From Anaerolineales bacterium (GTDB taxonomy: Bacteria > Chloroflexota > Anaerolineae > Anaerolineales > UBA4823), in the NCBI GenBank assembly GCA_034434515.1, contig DAOTZA010000229.1, positions 6,490 to 70,489 of the forward strand: a stretch of 64,000 nucleotides of DNA, written 5' to 3'. Below are positions 48,452 to 57,782 of this stretch, piece after piece. Numbering within the stretch: position 1 is the first letter of the stretch; every line of letters starts with the position of its first letter. A program made the translations under genes and the position numbers. The notes under the pieces were generated by a model. The model saw only the letters and a program-made list of their open reading frames with translations, did no database searches and had not been told where the DNA came from.

Positions 48452-48988
48452 TTAGATTTTTACCCCTTCGAGCTCAAGTAAGCGTGCCTTGGTGTGTAAA
48501 CCGCCAGCGGCGCCATAACCATGCAGTGAGCCGTCGCTGTCAATCACTCGATGGCAGGGAATAATGATTGGGATGGGATTGTGTGATTCAACTTGTCCCA
48601 CTGCTCGGGCAGCGCGTGGTTTGCCGATTGCACAGGCAATCTGAGCATATGTCTTAACCTCTCCATACGGAATTGCAAGTGTTTGCCGCAGGACGACTTC
48701 CTGAAAAGGGGTGAATCTTTGCCAGTCAATGGTTACGTCGAACGCTGTACAGGTTCCCTGAAAATAGGCTTTCAATTGCTCGATAGCCTCGTCTAATAGG
48801 TGTAAATCTTTAGCATCCGGAAGGAATCCCTGTTCTTTTAATTTTGTTTCAAATCTTTCCGGGTTGGTCTGCATTTCGAGAAAAGCTAATCCGCCTTCCG
48901 TTGCTGCCAGACCAATTTGACCAAAAGGTGTTTGGGGTAGATAGGCAACGATCAGACGGGATAGGCGAGAACTGGTTTTTGATTTCAT
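48452..48988 (-). CDS. ogt: Methylated-DNA-protein cysteine methyltransferase
   Basis: TPFQ, IPYGE, ARAVG and IPCHRV. Confidence 0.93.
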   Translation of the reverse strand: MKSKTSSRLSRLIVAYLPQTPFGQIGLAATEGGLAFLEMQTNPERFETKLKEQGFLPDAKDLHLLDEAIEQLKAYFQGTCTAFDVTIDWQRFTPFQEVVLRQTLAIPYGEVKTYAQIACAIGKPRAARAVGQVESHNPIPIIIPCHRVIDSDGSLHGYGAAGGLHTKARLLELEGVKI

Positions 48989-49003
48989 CGTCAGCTCCTC
49001 AGG

Positions 49004-49876
49004 TTAGTAATTGGTAACGGTATCAATTAGTCCCAGTTCTTTTGCTCGGTTTTCGCAGGCGCGAAACACGATGGCGGATAATATAGCAAAGAAAAGGGTC
49101 AGGATGATTAAGATGAGAAAAAGTTGGACATTGGAAAAACTTTGTAAGGTGGGAAAGCTGGAGGCAACCGTGCCAACCAAAAGGCGACGTAGAAGCTCTA
49201 GCCAGTACGTAATGGGCATTAAGAAGCCGATCGGACGTAGATAAACTGGCAATACCTCTAATGGAAAAATGGCCCCACTGAATAGATAAAGAGCGCCTGC
49301 TACCGCCTCGCCGACCCCGAACATGTGATGAACCAGCAACAACATGATTCCTGCCAGAGTCAAGCCCATGAGCGCTAGCATCACGACCCCAGTAAGGAGA
49401 GTTAATACAAAAAAAACCCAATTGACTTGAGTGAGATCGATCGAGATATTGAGGAAGAGCATCCCGAAGACGATGGTCACAACAACCGATATGGAGGCGA
49501 TAATAAAGCGCGCTACACCCCTGCCAAGCAAATACGATGGGAAGTGCACCGGCGCAGTATAGATGTATTTCATCGTCTTATAGTGTTCGCGATCGTCAAT
49601 TACCGCCCACGAGATACCGGTCATCACATGCCCAACGTACATATAGAAGGCATTACCCAAGTAGATATAGGGGAAGATCGGCGAATCGAAATTCGACTTG
49701 GTGATGATGCTGTACATGATAACCAGAATCGCTGCGCTGGAGAGGGGTTTGATGAGCGAATAGATGGTGAAGAGAAATGGATCGGCCCAATTCGACTCGA
49801 TTTGCCAACCCAGCCAGGTTGCCAATCGAAACGAACGCCAGGAAAAAGAGAGAAAGCTTGCTAATCGTGTTTGCAT
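49004..49876 (-). CDS. ABC-2 type exporter permease
   Basis: Six TM pattern, SGAIFPL..LP and P+TYWLE..R. Confidence 0.85.
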   Translation of the reverse strand: MQTRLASFLSFSWRSFRLATWLGWQIESNWADPFLFTIYSLIKPLSSAAILVIMYSIITKSNFDSPIFPYIYLGNAFYMYVGHVMTGISWAVIDDREHYKTMKYIYTAPVHFPSYLLGRGVARFIIASISVVVTIVFGMLFLNISIDLTQVNWVFFVLTLLTGVVMLALMGLTLAGIMLLLVHHMFGVGEAVAGALYLFSGAIFPLEVLPVYLRPIGFLMPITYWLELLRRLLVGTVASSFPTLQSFSNVQLFLILIILTLFFAILSAIVFRACENRAKELGLIDTVTNY

Positions 49877-49890
49877 TTGTGATCCTTGTC

Positions 49891-50745
49891 TCAACGCCGT
49901 GACTCAGTTAAACGCCCTTCCTGAATTGATAATTTTTCCATGTAATTTAACAGATAACGGGCACCAAGCAGGAAAATGAAGCATAAAACTGATAATCCTA
50001 TCACTTCGATACGCACATCAAGGAAACCGAATTGGGCAGCAGATGGGAACACTAGTTGACGCATGGCATCCAAGCCCATGGTTAAGGGAATTAGAGAAGC
50101 GCTGAGCGCCAGCCAAAACCCCAGATTCTTAACCGGGAAATAGAAACCCGAAATCAGATAGATTGGCTCCTGGGCGAGGTTCGCTAAATGCCAGGCTTCC
50201 CGACTGAGCAGTAAAAAGAGTGAGGCAGACATCATCCCCAAACCATAAAGAGCAGTCATTGTTAAGAAGAAAACCAGCAGCAACGTCCAGAAATCAGTAA
50301 CGACAAAGCGCACCTGAAATAACCAACCTCCGATGAACAGAATGACTATGGCGCGCAAAAGCGTTGCTATCATTCCCCCCAAAGCCATGCCAAGTAAAAT
50401 TGCCATCATGGAGCTAGGCGCCATAATATAAAGAGCTAAATTCCCTTGCTCTTTTTCCCAGTACAACTGGCTGGACATACTCCATAAGACATTCAACCAA
50501 AAAGCGGTCATTGCACCCCCCAAGACGACAAACCCGATGTATTCTTCGGGGGCTCCGATCGCACGATAGACATAAACGTAAGCAGCAATGCTCAGGATAG
50601 GGAGAAAGATATCGAAAAACATCCACGATTTTTCACGCTGCTGTCCCACGATACGCGGATAGGCACGCGCGAAAACTGTCTTAAAAAACAATTTCCAGGA
50701 GCTAGCTTTCGGAAGGGTTGGCACCGTTGTTGCCACGTTCGACAT
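49891..50745 (-). CDS. ABC-2 type exporter permease
   Basis: WEKEQGNL, SGFYFPV and PLTMGLDAMR. SD GGAGG precedes the start at 50745. Confidence 0.85.
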   Translation of the reverse strand: MSNVATTVPTLPKASSWKLFFKTVFARAYPRIVGQQREKSWMFFDIFLPILSIAAYVYVYRAIGAPEEYIGFVVLGGAMTAFWLNVLWSMSSQLYWEKEQGNLALYIMAPSSMMAILLGMALGGMIATLLRAIVILFIGGWLFQVRFVVTDFWTLLLVFFLTMTALYGLGMMSASLFLLLSREAWHLANLAQEPIYLISGFYFPVKNLGFWLALSASLIPLTMGLDAMRQLVFPSAAQFGFLDVRIEVIGLSVLCFIFLLGARYLLNYMEKLSIQEGRLTESRR

Positions 50746-51727
50746 CCTCCATGCTTTTTCCGACCAGATCGACAAAAACATCTTCAAGGGTTGGTTCGCG
50801 TTTTTGCAGGTTGATAATGCGCACCTTGTTTTCCGTTAGAGCATTAACCACTGCTGCAAGGGTTTCATCTTGATCGAGAATAAGTTCCAGGACTGCGTAG
50901 CCATCCCGAGGACGGAGCAGAAATTTGCGAATCCCTTGAATAGCCTTGAGATGCTCTGAATAATGGTTCTCAACCTGGCTGACTTCTAGATGGTAAATGG
51001 CTTCTCGTTGTAGGCGGTGTTTTAAGGAGGCTGGTGTGTCACAGGCTAAAACACGCCCTTGATTGATTATGGCAACGCGATCGCACAGTTCTTCAGCTTC
51101 TGCCATGTAGTGGGTGGTCAACAGAATCGTGCGTTCAGGATGGTCATCCAACCATTGGCGGATGAAACGGCGTACATCTCGAGATGCTCCGACATCCAGC
51201 CCCAGGGTGGGTTCATCGAGAAATAAGACTTGAGGGTCGGTGAGGAATCCACGGACAATGTTCATCTTTTGGCGTAAGCCAGTTGAGAGGTCAGATGATT
51301 TGGTGTTGATTCGATCTGCTAGGCCGACAACTTCGAGCAATTGCGCAATGCGCCGATTGGCTTCTTTGGAGCTTAAGCCGTAAAATTGAGCAAACATCCA
51401 AAGATTCTCGCGCACGGTCAATAATCCATACCCCGAAGACTCTCCGCCAGAGACCATGTTGATAATCGGCCGAATATTATGCGCCTCTTTGACGACGTCA
51501 TAGCCGCAGACCAGTGCTGTTCCAGACGTGGGAGCGAGTAGAGTGATTAAGATTTTTATCAGGGTAGTTTTCCCAGCCCCGTTCGGCCCGAGCAAGCCAA
51601 AAAGCTCTCCTGGATGGACTTCCAAAGAGACATCTTGTAAAGCGACCAATTCTCTCGGACTGTTCTTCTTGCTGCCGCGAATTTTATAAATGCGGCTGAG
51701 ATGGTTGGTTTGGATTGCAAAATTCAT
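50702..51727 (-). CDS. ABC exporter ATP-binding protein (DrrA-like)
   Basis: GPNGAGKT, LSTG, FLDEPT, TTHYM and C-terminal EPTLEDVF. Confidence 0.92.
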   Translation of the reverse strand: MNFAIQTNHLSRIYKIRGSKKNSPRELVALQDVSLEVHPGELFGLLGPNGAGKTTLIKILITLLAPTSGTALVCGYDVVKEAHNIRPIINMVSGGESSGYGLLTVRENLWMFAQFYGLSSKEANRRIAQLLEVVGLADRINTKSSDLSTGLRQKMNIVRGFLTDPQVLFLDEPTLGLDVGASRDVRRFIRQWLDDHPERTILLTTHYMAEAEELCDRVAIINQGRVLACDTPASLKHRLQREAIYHLEVSQVENHYSEHLKAIQGIRKFLLRPRDGYAVLELILDQDETLAAVVNALTENKVRIINLQKREPTLEDVFVDLVGKSMEDVERGNNGANPSES

Positions 51728-51764
51728 CGTGATTTGTTCGAAACCTGCAAAATTGTTGGGTTAG

Positions 51765-51785
51765 CGTAGGTTAATCGTAGGTTAA
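51765..51785 (-). promoter_or_regulatory. 10-bp direct repeat at 11-bp period within the putative ABC-exporter promoter
   Basis: Minus strand reads TTAACCTACG-A-TTAACCTACG, immediately downstream of TTGACG. Confidence 0.45.
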
Positions 51786-51858
51786 GCGTCAAGCATTTCT
51801 TTGGGATGTCTGGTAAACTGACAATCGAAGGGCGATTTCTCTTCTTCTCCTCCTTAGA

Positions 51859-51887
51859 GAGAGCCGGAAGCGGCGTATCCGGCTCTC
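51859..51887. terminator. 10-bp hairpin downstream of the heptad-repeat gene
   Basis: GAGAGCCGGA-9 nt-TCCGGCTCTC. Confidence 0.5.
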
Positions 51888-52004
51888 GATGATTTAATAA
51901 ACCATCCATTTTTAATTACCAAGTAGAATTGAGAACCTTCGAAATTGAGCAGTCTACCTTCTGTCCACTACGCTCACCTTTGTCTGTCCAATAAATTTAC
52001 ATTT

Positions 52005-53012
52005 CTAATTCTGACTTGAGCTGCTAAGCCGTTTTAGCGCTTCTTCTAGATAGAGCAAAACTCCGTTCTTCTGCAACAAAACCCCATTGTCCCTTGCGAC
52101 TGCAACGGCTCCTTCGGTTACTATCCGACCGGCCGCGACAGGAAGCACAGGAAACCCTGCTTTTTCTAAAAGATCAGCCCTTCGCCTGGCTCGCTTGACA
52201 TCGTTTTGGTCCACTGTGCCAGAAACTTCTATAGCCAGCCAGAGTTCTGATTTACCGGTTAGCTCTTCAAGTGAGTGTTTTAACTGCCCACGAACTAGCA
52301 GGTCTAACGAGAGTAATTCATCACGCTCGTCTTCGGTAAGGATAGGTTCAATTTTGTCAGACCAGATTTCTTGCAGGTCAACTACCTGAGCCCGTGAGAC
52401 AATTTTTCCAAAATAGCTGAAGGCGCGTTGGCGATAACGGATTTCGAGCATGTCACCACGCAATTCGCCAATATCATCCGTCATCTCGTCAACCCGCTGG
52501 TTTAGTCTATAGAGTTGTTCTTCGTGGCGTTTCTGCACTTCGACCAGCTCGGCCACAACGTGTTCAAGGCGTGTGAGACGTTCTTCTACTTCTACCTGGC
52601 GTTCTTCTAGACGGGTCAGGCGCTCCTCTACGTCTGCCATACGTTCTTCGAGACGAATGATACGTTCTTCCAGGGCGGCTTGACGCTCTTCGAGACGGAT
52701 GAAGCGTTCTTCCAGGGCAGCCTGACGCTCTTCTAGAGCGATCTGGCGTTCTTCTAGGTCGGCTTGACGTTCTTCGAGGCGGATGAAGCGTTCTTCTAAT
52801 GCTGCCAGCCGTTCATCGATTTGGATAATGCGCTGCTCACTGCGTTTCTGGATTTCAGTCAGTTCACGTTGAGCTTCGATCAAGTCGCGTAGAGCTTGCG
52901 GTAGCTCAAGAACTTCCGGGCTGAGCAGCAAATGGCGTAACTCTTCCCGCCATTCTGGGTGTTCGTGAAGCAGACGCACAAAGTCATGGTAGTCTTTTAC
53001 CTCGAAAGCCAT
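52005..53012 (-). CDS. Coiled-coil heptad-repeat protein with C-terminal PD-(D/E)XK-like domain
   Basis: N-terminus MAFEVKDYHDFVRLL..HPEWREEL, about 12 LEERxxx heptads, C-terminal DLLVRG...AIEVS...DV.RA.RRA..L...G...PVAAG. SD AGGAG precedes the start at 53012. Confidence 0.8.
   Translation of the reverse strand: MAFEVKDYHDFVRLLHEHPEWREELRHLLLSPEVLELPQALRDLIEAQRELTEIQKRSEQRIIQIDERLAALEERFIRLEERQADLEERQIALEERQAALEERFIRLEERQAALEERIIRLEERMADVEERLTRLEERQVEVEERLTRLEHVVAELVEVQKRHEEQLYRLNQRVDEMTDDIGELRGDMLEIRYRQRAFSYFGKIVSRAQVVDLQEIWSDKIEPILTEDERDELLSLDLLVRGQLKHSLEELTGKSELWLAIEVSGTVDQNDVKRARRRADLLEKAGFPVLPVAAGRIVTEGAVAVARDNGVLLQKNGVLLYLEEALKRLSSSSQN
52557..52818 (-). repeat. Degenerate 21-bp coding tandem repeat (about 12 units, LEERxxx)
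   Basis: Plus-strand unit ...CG(T/C)TCTTC... recurs every 21 nt with no spacers. Confidence 0.9.
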
Positions 53013-53160
53013 TATTGGTCTCCTCTCTATGATTATAATCCAAAAGCCCAATGATACTGAGCCAAGAATCTGTTCGACAAATTTTTCATTCTCAAATCCG
53101 CCCAGGGAGGTATTGATTGGTTGTCGTTGCAAATGAGTTTGGTTATCCTGTATAATCGAT

Positions 53161-54768
53161 ATGGTGAGCGGAAAGTCGAATTCTACTTCGGGACGACTGG
53201 TGCAGGCAGCCGCTACGGTGATGGCGGCTTTCTTTATCGGTAATCTTACCGGCTTGTTGCGCCAAATTCTGGTTGCACGGGCATTTGGCACTGGGGCGGA
53301 GATGGAAGCCTTTAACGCTGCCAATCGGGTGGCGGAAACGCTCTTCAATTTAGTGGCAGGAGGAGCTTTAGCCAGCGCTTTTATCCCCACTTTCAGTGGT
53401 CTTCTAGCGAAGAATGACAAGGTAAGAGCCTGGCAGTTGGCTTCTGCGATTGCCAATCTTGTCTTAATCGTTCTAATTTGTCTAACTGCAGTTACCTATT
53501 TATTTGCTCCAGAGGTGGTGCGTTATATTCTGGCGCCAGGATTTCGCTCTGATGCCTTGAAGGAAGCAACAACAATCTACCTTTTGAGACTGATGTTGCC
53601 CTCAGCGATTTTGTTTGCCCTGAGTGGTCTAGTGATGGGCATTTTGAATTCACACCAGGTATTCTTAATTCCAGCCTTGACTCCCTCGATGTATCAGTTG
53701 GGGATGATTTTTGGGGTCTTGGTACTTTCGCCGAAGCTAGGAATAGCCGGGTTAGGATGGGGTGTCCTGATTGGAGCAGGGTTGCACCTTTTTCTGCAGC
53801 TTCCGACGTTGCGGCGGCTCAAAGGACAGTACTTCCCGAAAATTGCTTTGGATATGCCAGAAGTGCGCGAGGTAATTGGCTTATTTGCGCCGCGCCTACT
53901 TGGTGTTGCTATTGTTCAATTGAATTTTTGGGTGAACACCCGCATTGCTTCCCAGCAACCTGAAGGTAGTGTGACCGGTGTAGTACTGGCTTTTGCTCTC
54001 ATGTTGATGCCCCAGGCTGCCATCGCTCAATCGGTTGCAATTGTGGCTTTACCTACCCTTTCTGCCCATTTTGCGTTGGGTCGCTTCGATGAGTTGCGTT
54101 CGACGCTGGTAAATGGCTTGAGGGGGGTGCTTTTTTTAGCCATTCCCGCCAGCGTTGGATTGATCCTGTTGAGAAAACCGATAGTAGCGATGCTCTATCA
54201 GCGCGGGGCTTTTGACGAACGCTCAACCGAGTTTGTCGCCTGGGCGTTATTGTGGTATGCCAGTGGATTGGTTGGTCACAGTCTCGTTGAACTCTTTGCC
54301 CGCTCTTTTTATGCCATGCATGACACCCGCACGCCAGTTTGGGTCGGTTCAGTGGCGATGGGGTTAAATGTTGCCTTAAGTTATCTCTTTTCCGCCTTTT
54401 TTCAACGTCTGGGGTGGTTACCCCACGGAGGATTGGCTTTAGCCAACACAACTGCCACATATCTAGAAGCGCTGGGATTGTATTGGATTATGCGCGGTCG
54501 CCTGAGAGGATTGGAAGAACACCAAATTTTGCGTCTGGTTGTCCGAACGATTTTTGCTAGCCTAAGCATGGGAATCGGGATAGAATGGTACTCCCTTGTA
54601 TTGGGGAATAAGAATCGCTATTTAATGGCATTGGGAGGCATCCTGGTCGGAGGGGGGGTGTTTTTCGTTAGCGCCTGGTTGTTGAAAATTCAGGAATTAG
54701 AGAACCTTAGGGGGACAATCTACACTCGCTGGATCACCTTACGAAAATCCACACCAGTTGAGCGATAA
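53161..54768 (+). CDS. murJ: Lipid II flippase MurJ (MviN)
   Basis: GLLRQ..A..FG, F.LVAGGALASAF.P, QLN..VN, P.A...AFDE and A.SFYA..DTRTP. The start may be GTG 53164. Confidence 0.92.
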   Translation: MVSGKSNSTSGRLVQAAATVMAAFFIGNLTGLLRQILVARAFGTGAEMEAFNAANRVAETLFNLVAGGALASAFIPTFSGLLAKNDKVRAWQLASAIANLVLIVLICLTAVTYLFAPEVVRYILAPGFRSDALKEATTIYLLRLMLPSAILFALSGLVMGILNSHQVFLIPALTPSMYQLGMIFGVLVLSPKLGIAGLGWGVLIGAGLHLFLQLPTLRRLKGQYFPKIALDMPEVREVIGLFAPRLLGVAIVQLNFWVNTRIASQQPEGSVTGVVLAFALMLMPQAAIAQSVAIVALPTLSAHFALGRFDELRSTLVNGLRGVLFLAIPASVGLILLRKPIVAMLYQRGAFDERSTEFVAWALLWYASGLVGHSLVELFARSFYAMHDTRTPVWVGSVAMGLNVALSYLFSAFFQRLGWLPHGGLALANTTATYLEALGLYWIMRGRLRGLEEHQILRLVVRTIFASLSMGIGIEWYSLVLGNKNRYLMALGGILVGGGVFFVSAWLLKIQELENLRGTIYTRWITLRKSTPVER

Positions 54769-55177
54769 CAATACCGAGCACGACGCCAGCAAAGGCTTCT
54801 AAAGGTGTATGTCCGAGCACTTCGCGCAGTTGTTCTTCTTTGAGGGGATGTCCACTGGCGAGATCGTTAATCATGGCATTGATTAACTCGGCATGTTTGC
54901 CGGCTTGGCGACGGATGCCTGTGGCGTCATAGACAACCACCATGGCGAGGGTGAGCCCAATGGCAAAGTGGGGGGAATCAAACCCATAGAACAACCCTAG
55001 CGCGTGCGCAACAGCCGTTACCAATGCGGAGTGCGAACTGGGCATTCCACCCGCCCGGAACAATAAGGCCCAATTCCACTGGCGCGTTTTTAGGTATTCG
55101 ATGGGTACCTTCACTGTTTGGGCAATGCTCCAGGCAATGGCTCCGGCGATCAGAACGTAATTATGTAACAATTCCAT
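54734..55177 (-). CDS. Divergent PAP2 family (DUF212/YuiD-like)
   Basis: AQ..K, GGMPSSHSA, VVYDA.GIRR.AG.HA and LGHTP.E. Confidence 0.9.
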   Translation of the reverse strand: MELLHNYVLIAGAIAWSIAQTVKVPIEYLKTRQWNWALLFRAGGMPSSHSALVTAVAHALGLFYGFDSPHFAIGLTLAMVVVYDATGIRRQAGKHAELINAMINDLASGHPLKEEQLREVLGHTPLEAFAGVVLGIVIAQLVWIFVR

Positions 55178-55200
55178 CTCAAAAGCTTCACTCTGTCAGC

Positions 55201-55419
55201 TCATGATTTCTCGTTGCTCAGCGTTCGAATGGTTAATTCAGCCTGATCAAGCAGTTGAAGACAATATTGCACTAACGCTTGTCCACGCTGATAGAGGCTA
55301 AGGGTTTCTTGCAAGGTTTGTTCGCCATTTTCCAACTGGGTGACGATCTGCTCTAATTGTTGCATGGCCTGTTCAAAGGAGAGTGATTCGATAGCGGTTG
55401 CGGGTGTCTCGTTACTCAT
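55201..55419 (-). CDS. xseB: Exodeoxyribonuclease VII small subunit
   Basis: SFEQAMQQLEQIV..LE.G...L...L..Y.RG..L...C...L..AE. Confidence 0.92.
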   Translation of the reverse strand: MSNETPATAIESLSFEQAMQQLEQIVTQLENGEQTLQETLSLYQRGQALVQYCLQLLDQAELTIRTLSNEKS

Positions 55420-55861
55420 CGGTTCTGTTGCTTTCCATAGATTGTCTCATCATACCAAGTGCTTCTAGAAGCGGGGCTTCGGTGGGTAAAATCTCTCGGG
55501 CTTTTGAATCAAAAACCTCAAAATCAAAAGCTTGAGAAGCCTGAAAGTATCGGATTTGAGGAATAGTCTTGTCCTGGATGGCACGGCGAATTGCGTTCTT
55601 GCGAGCCTGGCTGGCTAAAATGGAGGTTGCTGCGACAAAGGTGAGAAAGATAATAATCCCTAAGAAAAAAGCCAGAATGATATTGATCACCTTGAAAGCG
55701 AGCAGAATGGCAACAATTGCCAGAATAGGCAGCGTTCCTAACCAGACAGCCAAACCAAACGATTGCTCTGCGCTGGAAGCTCCAATTGAGAGCAGTTGTT
55801 CATTCAATTGACGGATAATCTCTTCATCGGTTAGGGGTGGATTATCTGTTTCGTCCATCAT
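55412..55861 (-). CDS. Hypothetical two-TM membrane protein
   Basis: 149-aa ORF filling the xseA-xseB gap exactly, with a hydrophobic hairpin in the middle. Confidence 0.65.
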   Translation of the reverse strand: MMDETDNPPLTDEEIIRQLNEQLLSIGASSAEQSFGLAVWLGTLPILAIVAILLAFKVINIILAFFLGIIIFLTFVAATSILASQARKNAIRRAIQDKTIPQIRYFQASQAFDFEVFDSKAREILPTEAPLLEALGMMRQSMESNRTDE

Positions 55862-55863
55862 CG

Positions 55864-57087
55864 CTATCCTTTTTTTGAGATAGCCTCAACTCGCGCATCG
55901 AATTCACCATCCTTGAGACGCGCCTGGAGAGAGTCACCAACCTGCACTTGAGCAACCGTGCGCACAATCTCGCCATCTGGTTTGATTAACAGTGCATAGC
56001 CTCGTTCCAGAATAATTGAAGGATTCAGGGATGCTAAACGATGAGCCAACAATTCCAGTTTCGAGTGTTTTTGCTGAATGTTATGCGTCAAATGCAGTTC
56101 CAGGTGGCGCGACCATTCATCTAGCCGTTGACGGGCGATATTGACTCGGTTGAGAGGAGAGCTCAGGCTCAAGCGATGGGTTAGTTGGTATAATCGGTCG
56201 CGCTGAGTGCTCAAACGGTTTGAGATGGCATTTTGAAGCCGTTGGGAGAGGTTTTGCAGGCTGACCTGGATATCGGATAGATTGGGTGTGACCATCTCGG
56301 CTGCTGCGGTTGGGGTTGGAGCACGCAAGTCACTAACAAAATCGGCAAGCGTAAAATCCGTTTCATGCCCAATACCGGTCACAACGGGTGTTTCTAAAGC
56401 GGCGATGGTGCGCACCAGAGTTTCGTCATTAAAAGCCCATAAATCTTCCATCGAACCACCCCCGCGGGCTAAGAGAATGACATCCGGCTTAATTTCTTGA
56501 TCAAGGAGCTTAAGGGCGTTGATAAGGGTTGGGACAGCCTCATCGCCCTGGACAGATGCTGGAGCGATGACAACTTCAGCCAATGGAAACCGCCGCCTAA
56601 GCGTGTTGAGTATATCCTGCAAAGCAGCCGCTTTCAGGCTGGTAACGATACCGATTTTTCGAGGAAAGGTGGGGATGGGTTTTTTGCGTTGGGTGTCGAA
56701 TAAACCTTCTTTTTCGAGTTTTGCTTTACGGTAAAGGAATTCCTGATAAAGAACACCTGCCCCAACACCAATTAAGTTATCGGCATAAAGTTGATAGGTG
56801 CCATTTGGCGGATAAATGTCGAGATAACCGTGGGCAATGATCAAATCACCATTTTTCGGTAAGAAGAGTTGATAGGAGACCTGTTGACGCCACATGACGC
56901 AACGTAAGGAGGCGGATGCATCTTTGAGGGTAAAATAAAAATGACCCGAGGTAGCCCTTGTGGCATTGGAGACCTCACCCAGCACCCACAAATCGCGCAA
57001 TGCTTCCTCATCAGCAATGAGTTGCTGCAGGTAGGCGGTGAGTTGGGACACTGTCCAGTTGATCGGACTATCGAAAAGTGGTAGCAT
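55864..57087 (-). CDS. xseA: Exodeoxyribonuclease VII large subunit
   Basis: WVLGEVSN, SGHFYFTLKD, GIVTS, ARGGGS.EDL, GIGHETD and RAPTPTAAAE. Confidence 0.96.
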   Translation of the reverse strand: MLPLFDSPINWTVSQLTAYLQQLIADEEALRDLWVLGEVSNATRATSGHFYFTLKDASASLRCVMWRQQVSYQLFLPKNGDLIIAHGYLDIYPPNGTYQLYADNLIGVGAGVLYQEFLYRKAKLEKEGLFDTQRKKPIPTFPRKIGIVTSLKAAALQDILNTLRRRFPLAEVVIAPASVQGDEAVPTLINALKLLDQEIKPDVILLARGGGSMEDLWAFNDETLVRTIAALETPVVTGIGHETDFTLADFVSDLRAPTPTAAAEMVTPNLSDIQVSLQNLSQRLQNAISNRLSTQRDRLYQLTHRLSLSSPLNRVNIARQRLDEWSRHLELHLTHNIQQKHSKLELLAHRLASLNPSIILERGYALLIKPDGEIVRTVAQVQVGDSLQARLKDGEFDARVEAISKKG

Positions 57088-57170
57088 TTTTCTCGAAAAC
57101 TAACGTTGATTATAAATCATTCATCCTATCTTCGGGTAAAATCATAGTGAACTCAAATTGTGTAGAACGG

Positions 57171-57671
57171 ATGACAGCTTTGAGGTATTTGTGGTCTCCC
57201 TGGAGAATGAAATACATTCAAAATCACCGTCGCGATGCGGCATGCATATTTTGTTTAGCGGCGGGTCAAGCAGATAGTCCTGAAAACTTAATTGTCAAAC
57301 GGGGCGAGTTTGTCTTTGTAATTCTCAATCGTTTTCCATACACAAGCGGCCATCTGATGGTTGTTCCCTATCAACACACCGCAAACCTGGAGGAGTTGAC
57401 GGCAGCCTGTCGTGGGGAAATGATGGAGTTGGCTACCGCCTCTATTGAAGTATTGAAAAAAGTTTATCGACCCCAAGGATTTAATCTGGGGATGAACCTG
57501 GGTGAGCCAGCCGGGGCGGGGATTGCTGACCACTTACACATGCACATTGTGCCGCGCTGGAGTGGAGATACCAATTTTATGTCCACGGTTGGTCAGGTGA
57601 GAGTTTTACCCGAAGAATTGGAAGAGACCTATCGTCGGATTAAGGAGGTGTGGGAGCAGATAAATACGTAA
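57171..57671 (+). CDS. HIT family hydrolase (Ap4A phosphorylase-like)
   Basis: LWSPWRM.YI, CIFC, N.FPY..GHLMVVP, AGAGIADHLHMHIVPRW and D.NFM. Confidence 0.9.
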   Translation: MTALRYLWSPWRMKYIQNHRRDAACIFCLAAGQADSPENLIVKRGEFVFVILNRFPYTSGHLMVVPYQHTANLEELTAACRGEMMELATASIEVLKKVYRPQGFNLGMNLGEPAGAGIADHLHMHIVPRWSGDTNFMSTVGQVRVLPEELEETYRRIKEVWEQINT

Positions 57672-57782
57672 TAGGGTTTGTTCTAGATGAATCCTGGCGA
57701 TCCAACAGATTAATCTCGCTATTCAAAAGCAGTTACCCTAATCGTTCATCTTAACCGATCATTTGCCAAAGGAGGAGGACGT

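Noticed and set aside
51724-51909. 61-aa minus-strand ORF in the ABC-exporter upstream region
   Set aside because: It crosses a hairpin and the putative promoter, has no motif, and the nearby AAGGAGG lies inside it rather than before it.
52557-52818. 21-bp periodic repeat as a CRISPR array or VNTR element
   Set aside because: The units are contiguous, lack unique spacers, vary at synonymous positions and stay in frame as LEERxxx. No cas genes are present.
53013-53456. N-terminal 148 aa of the 483-aa ORF 52005..53456
   Set aside because: It runs antisense through murJ and the divergent promoter region. A good SD precedes ATG 53012, where the recognisable family N-terminus begins.
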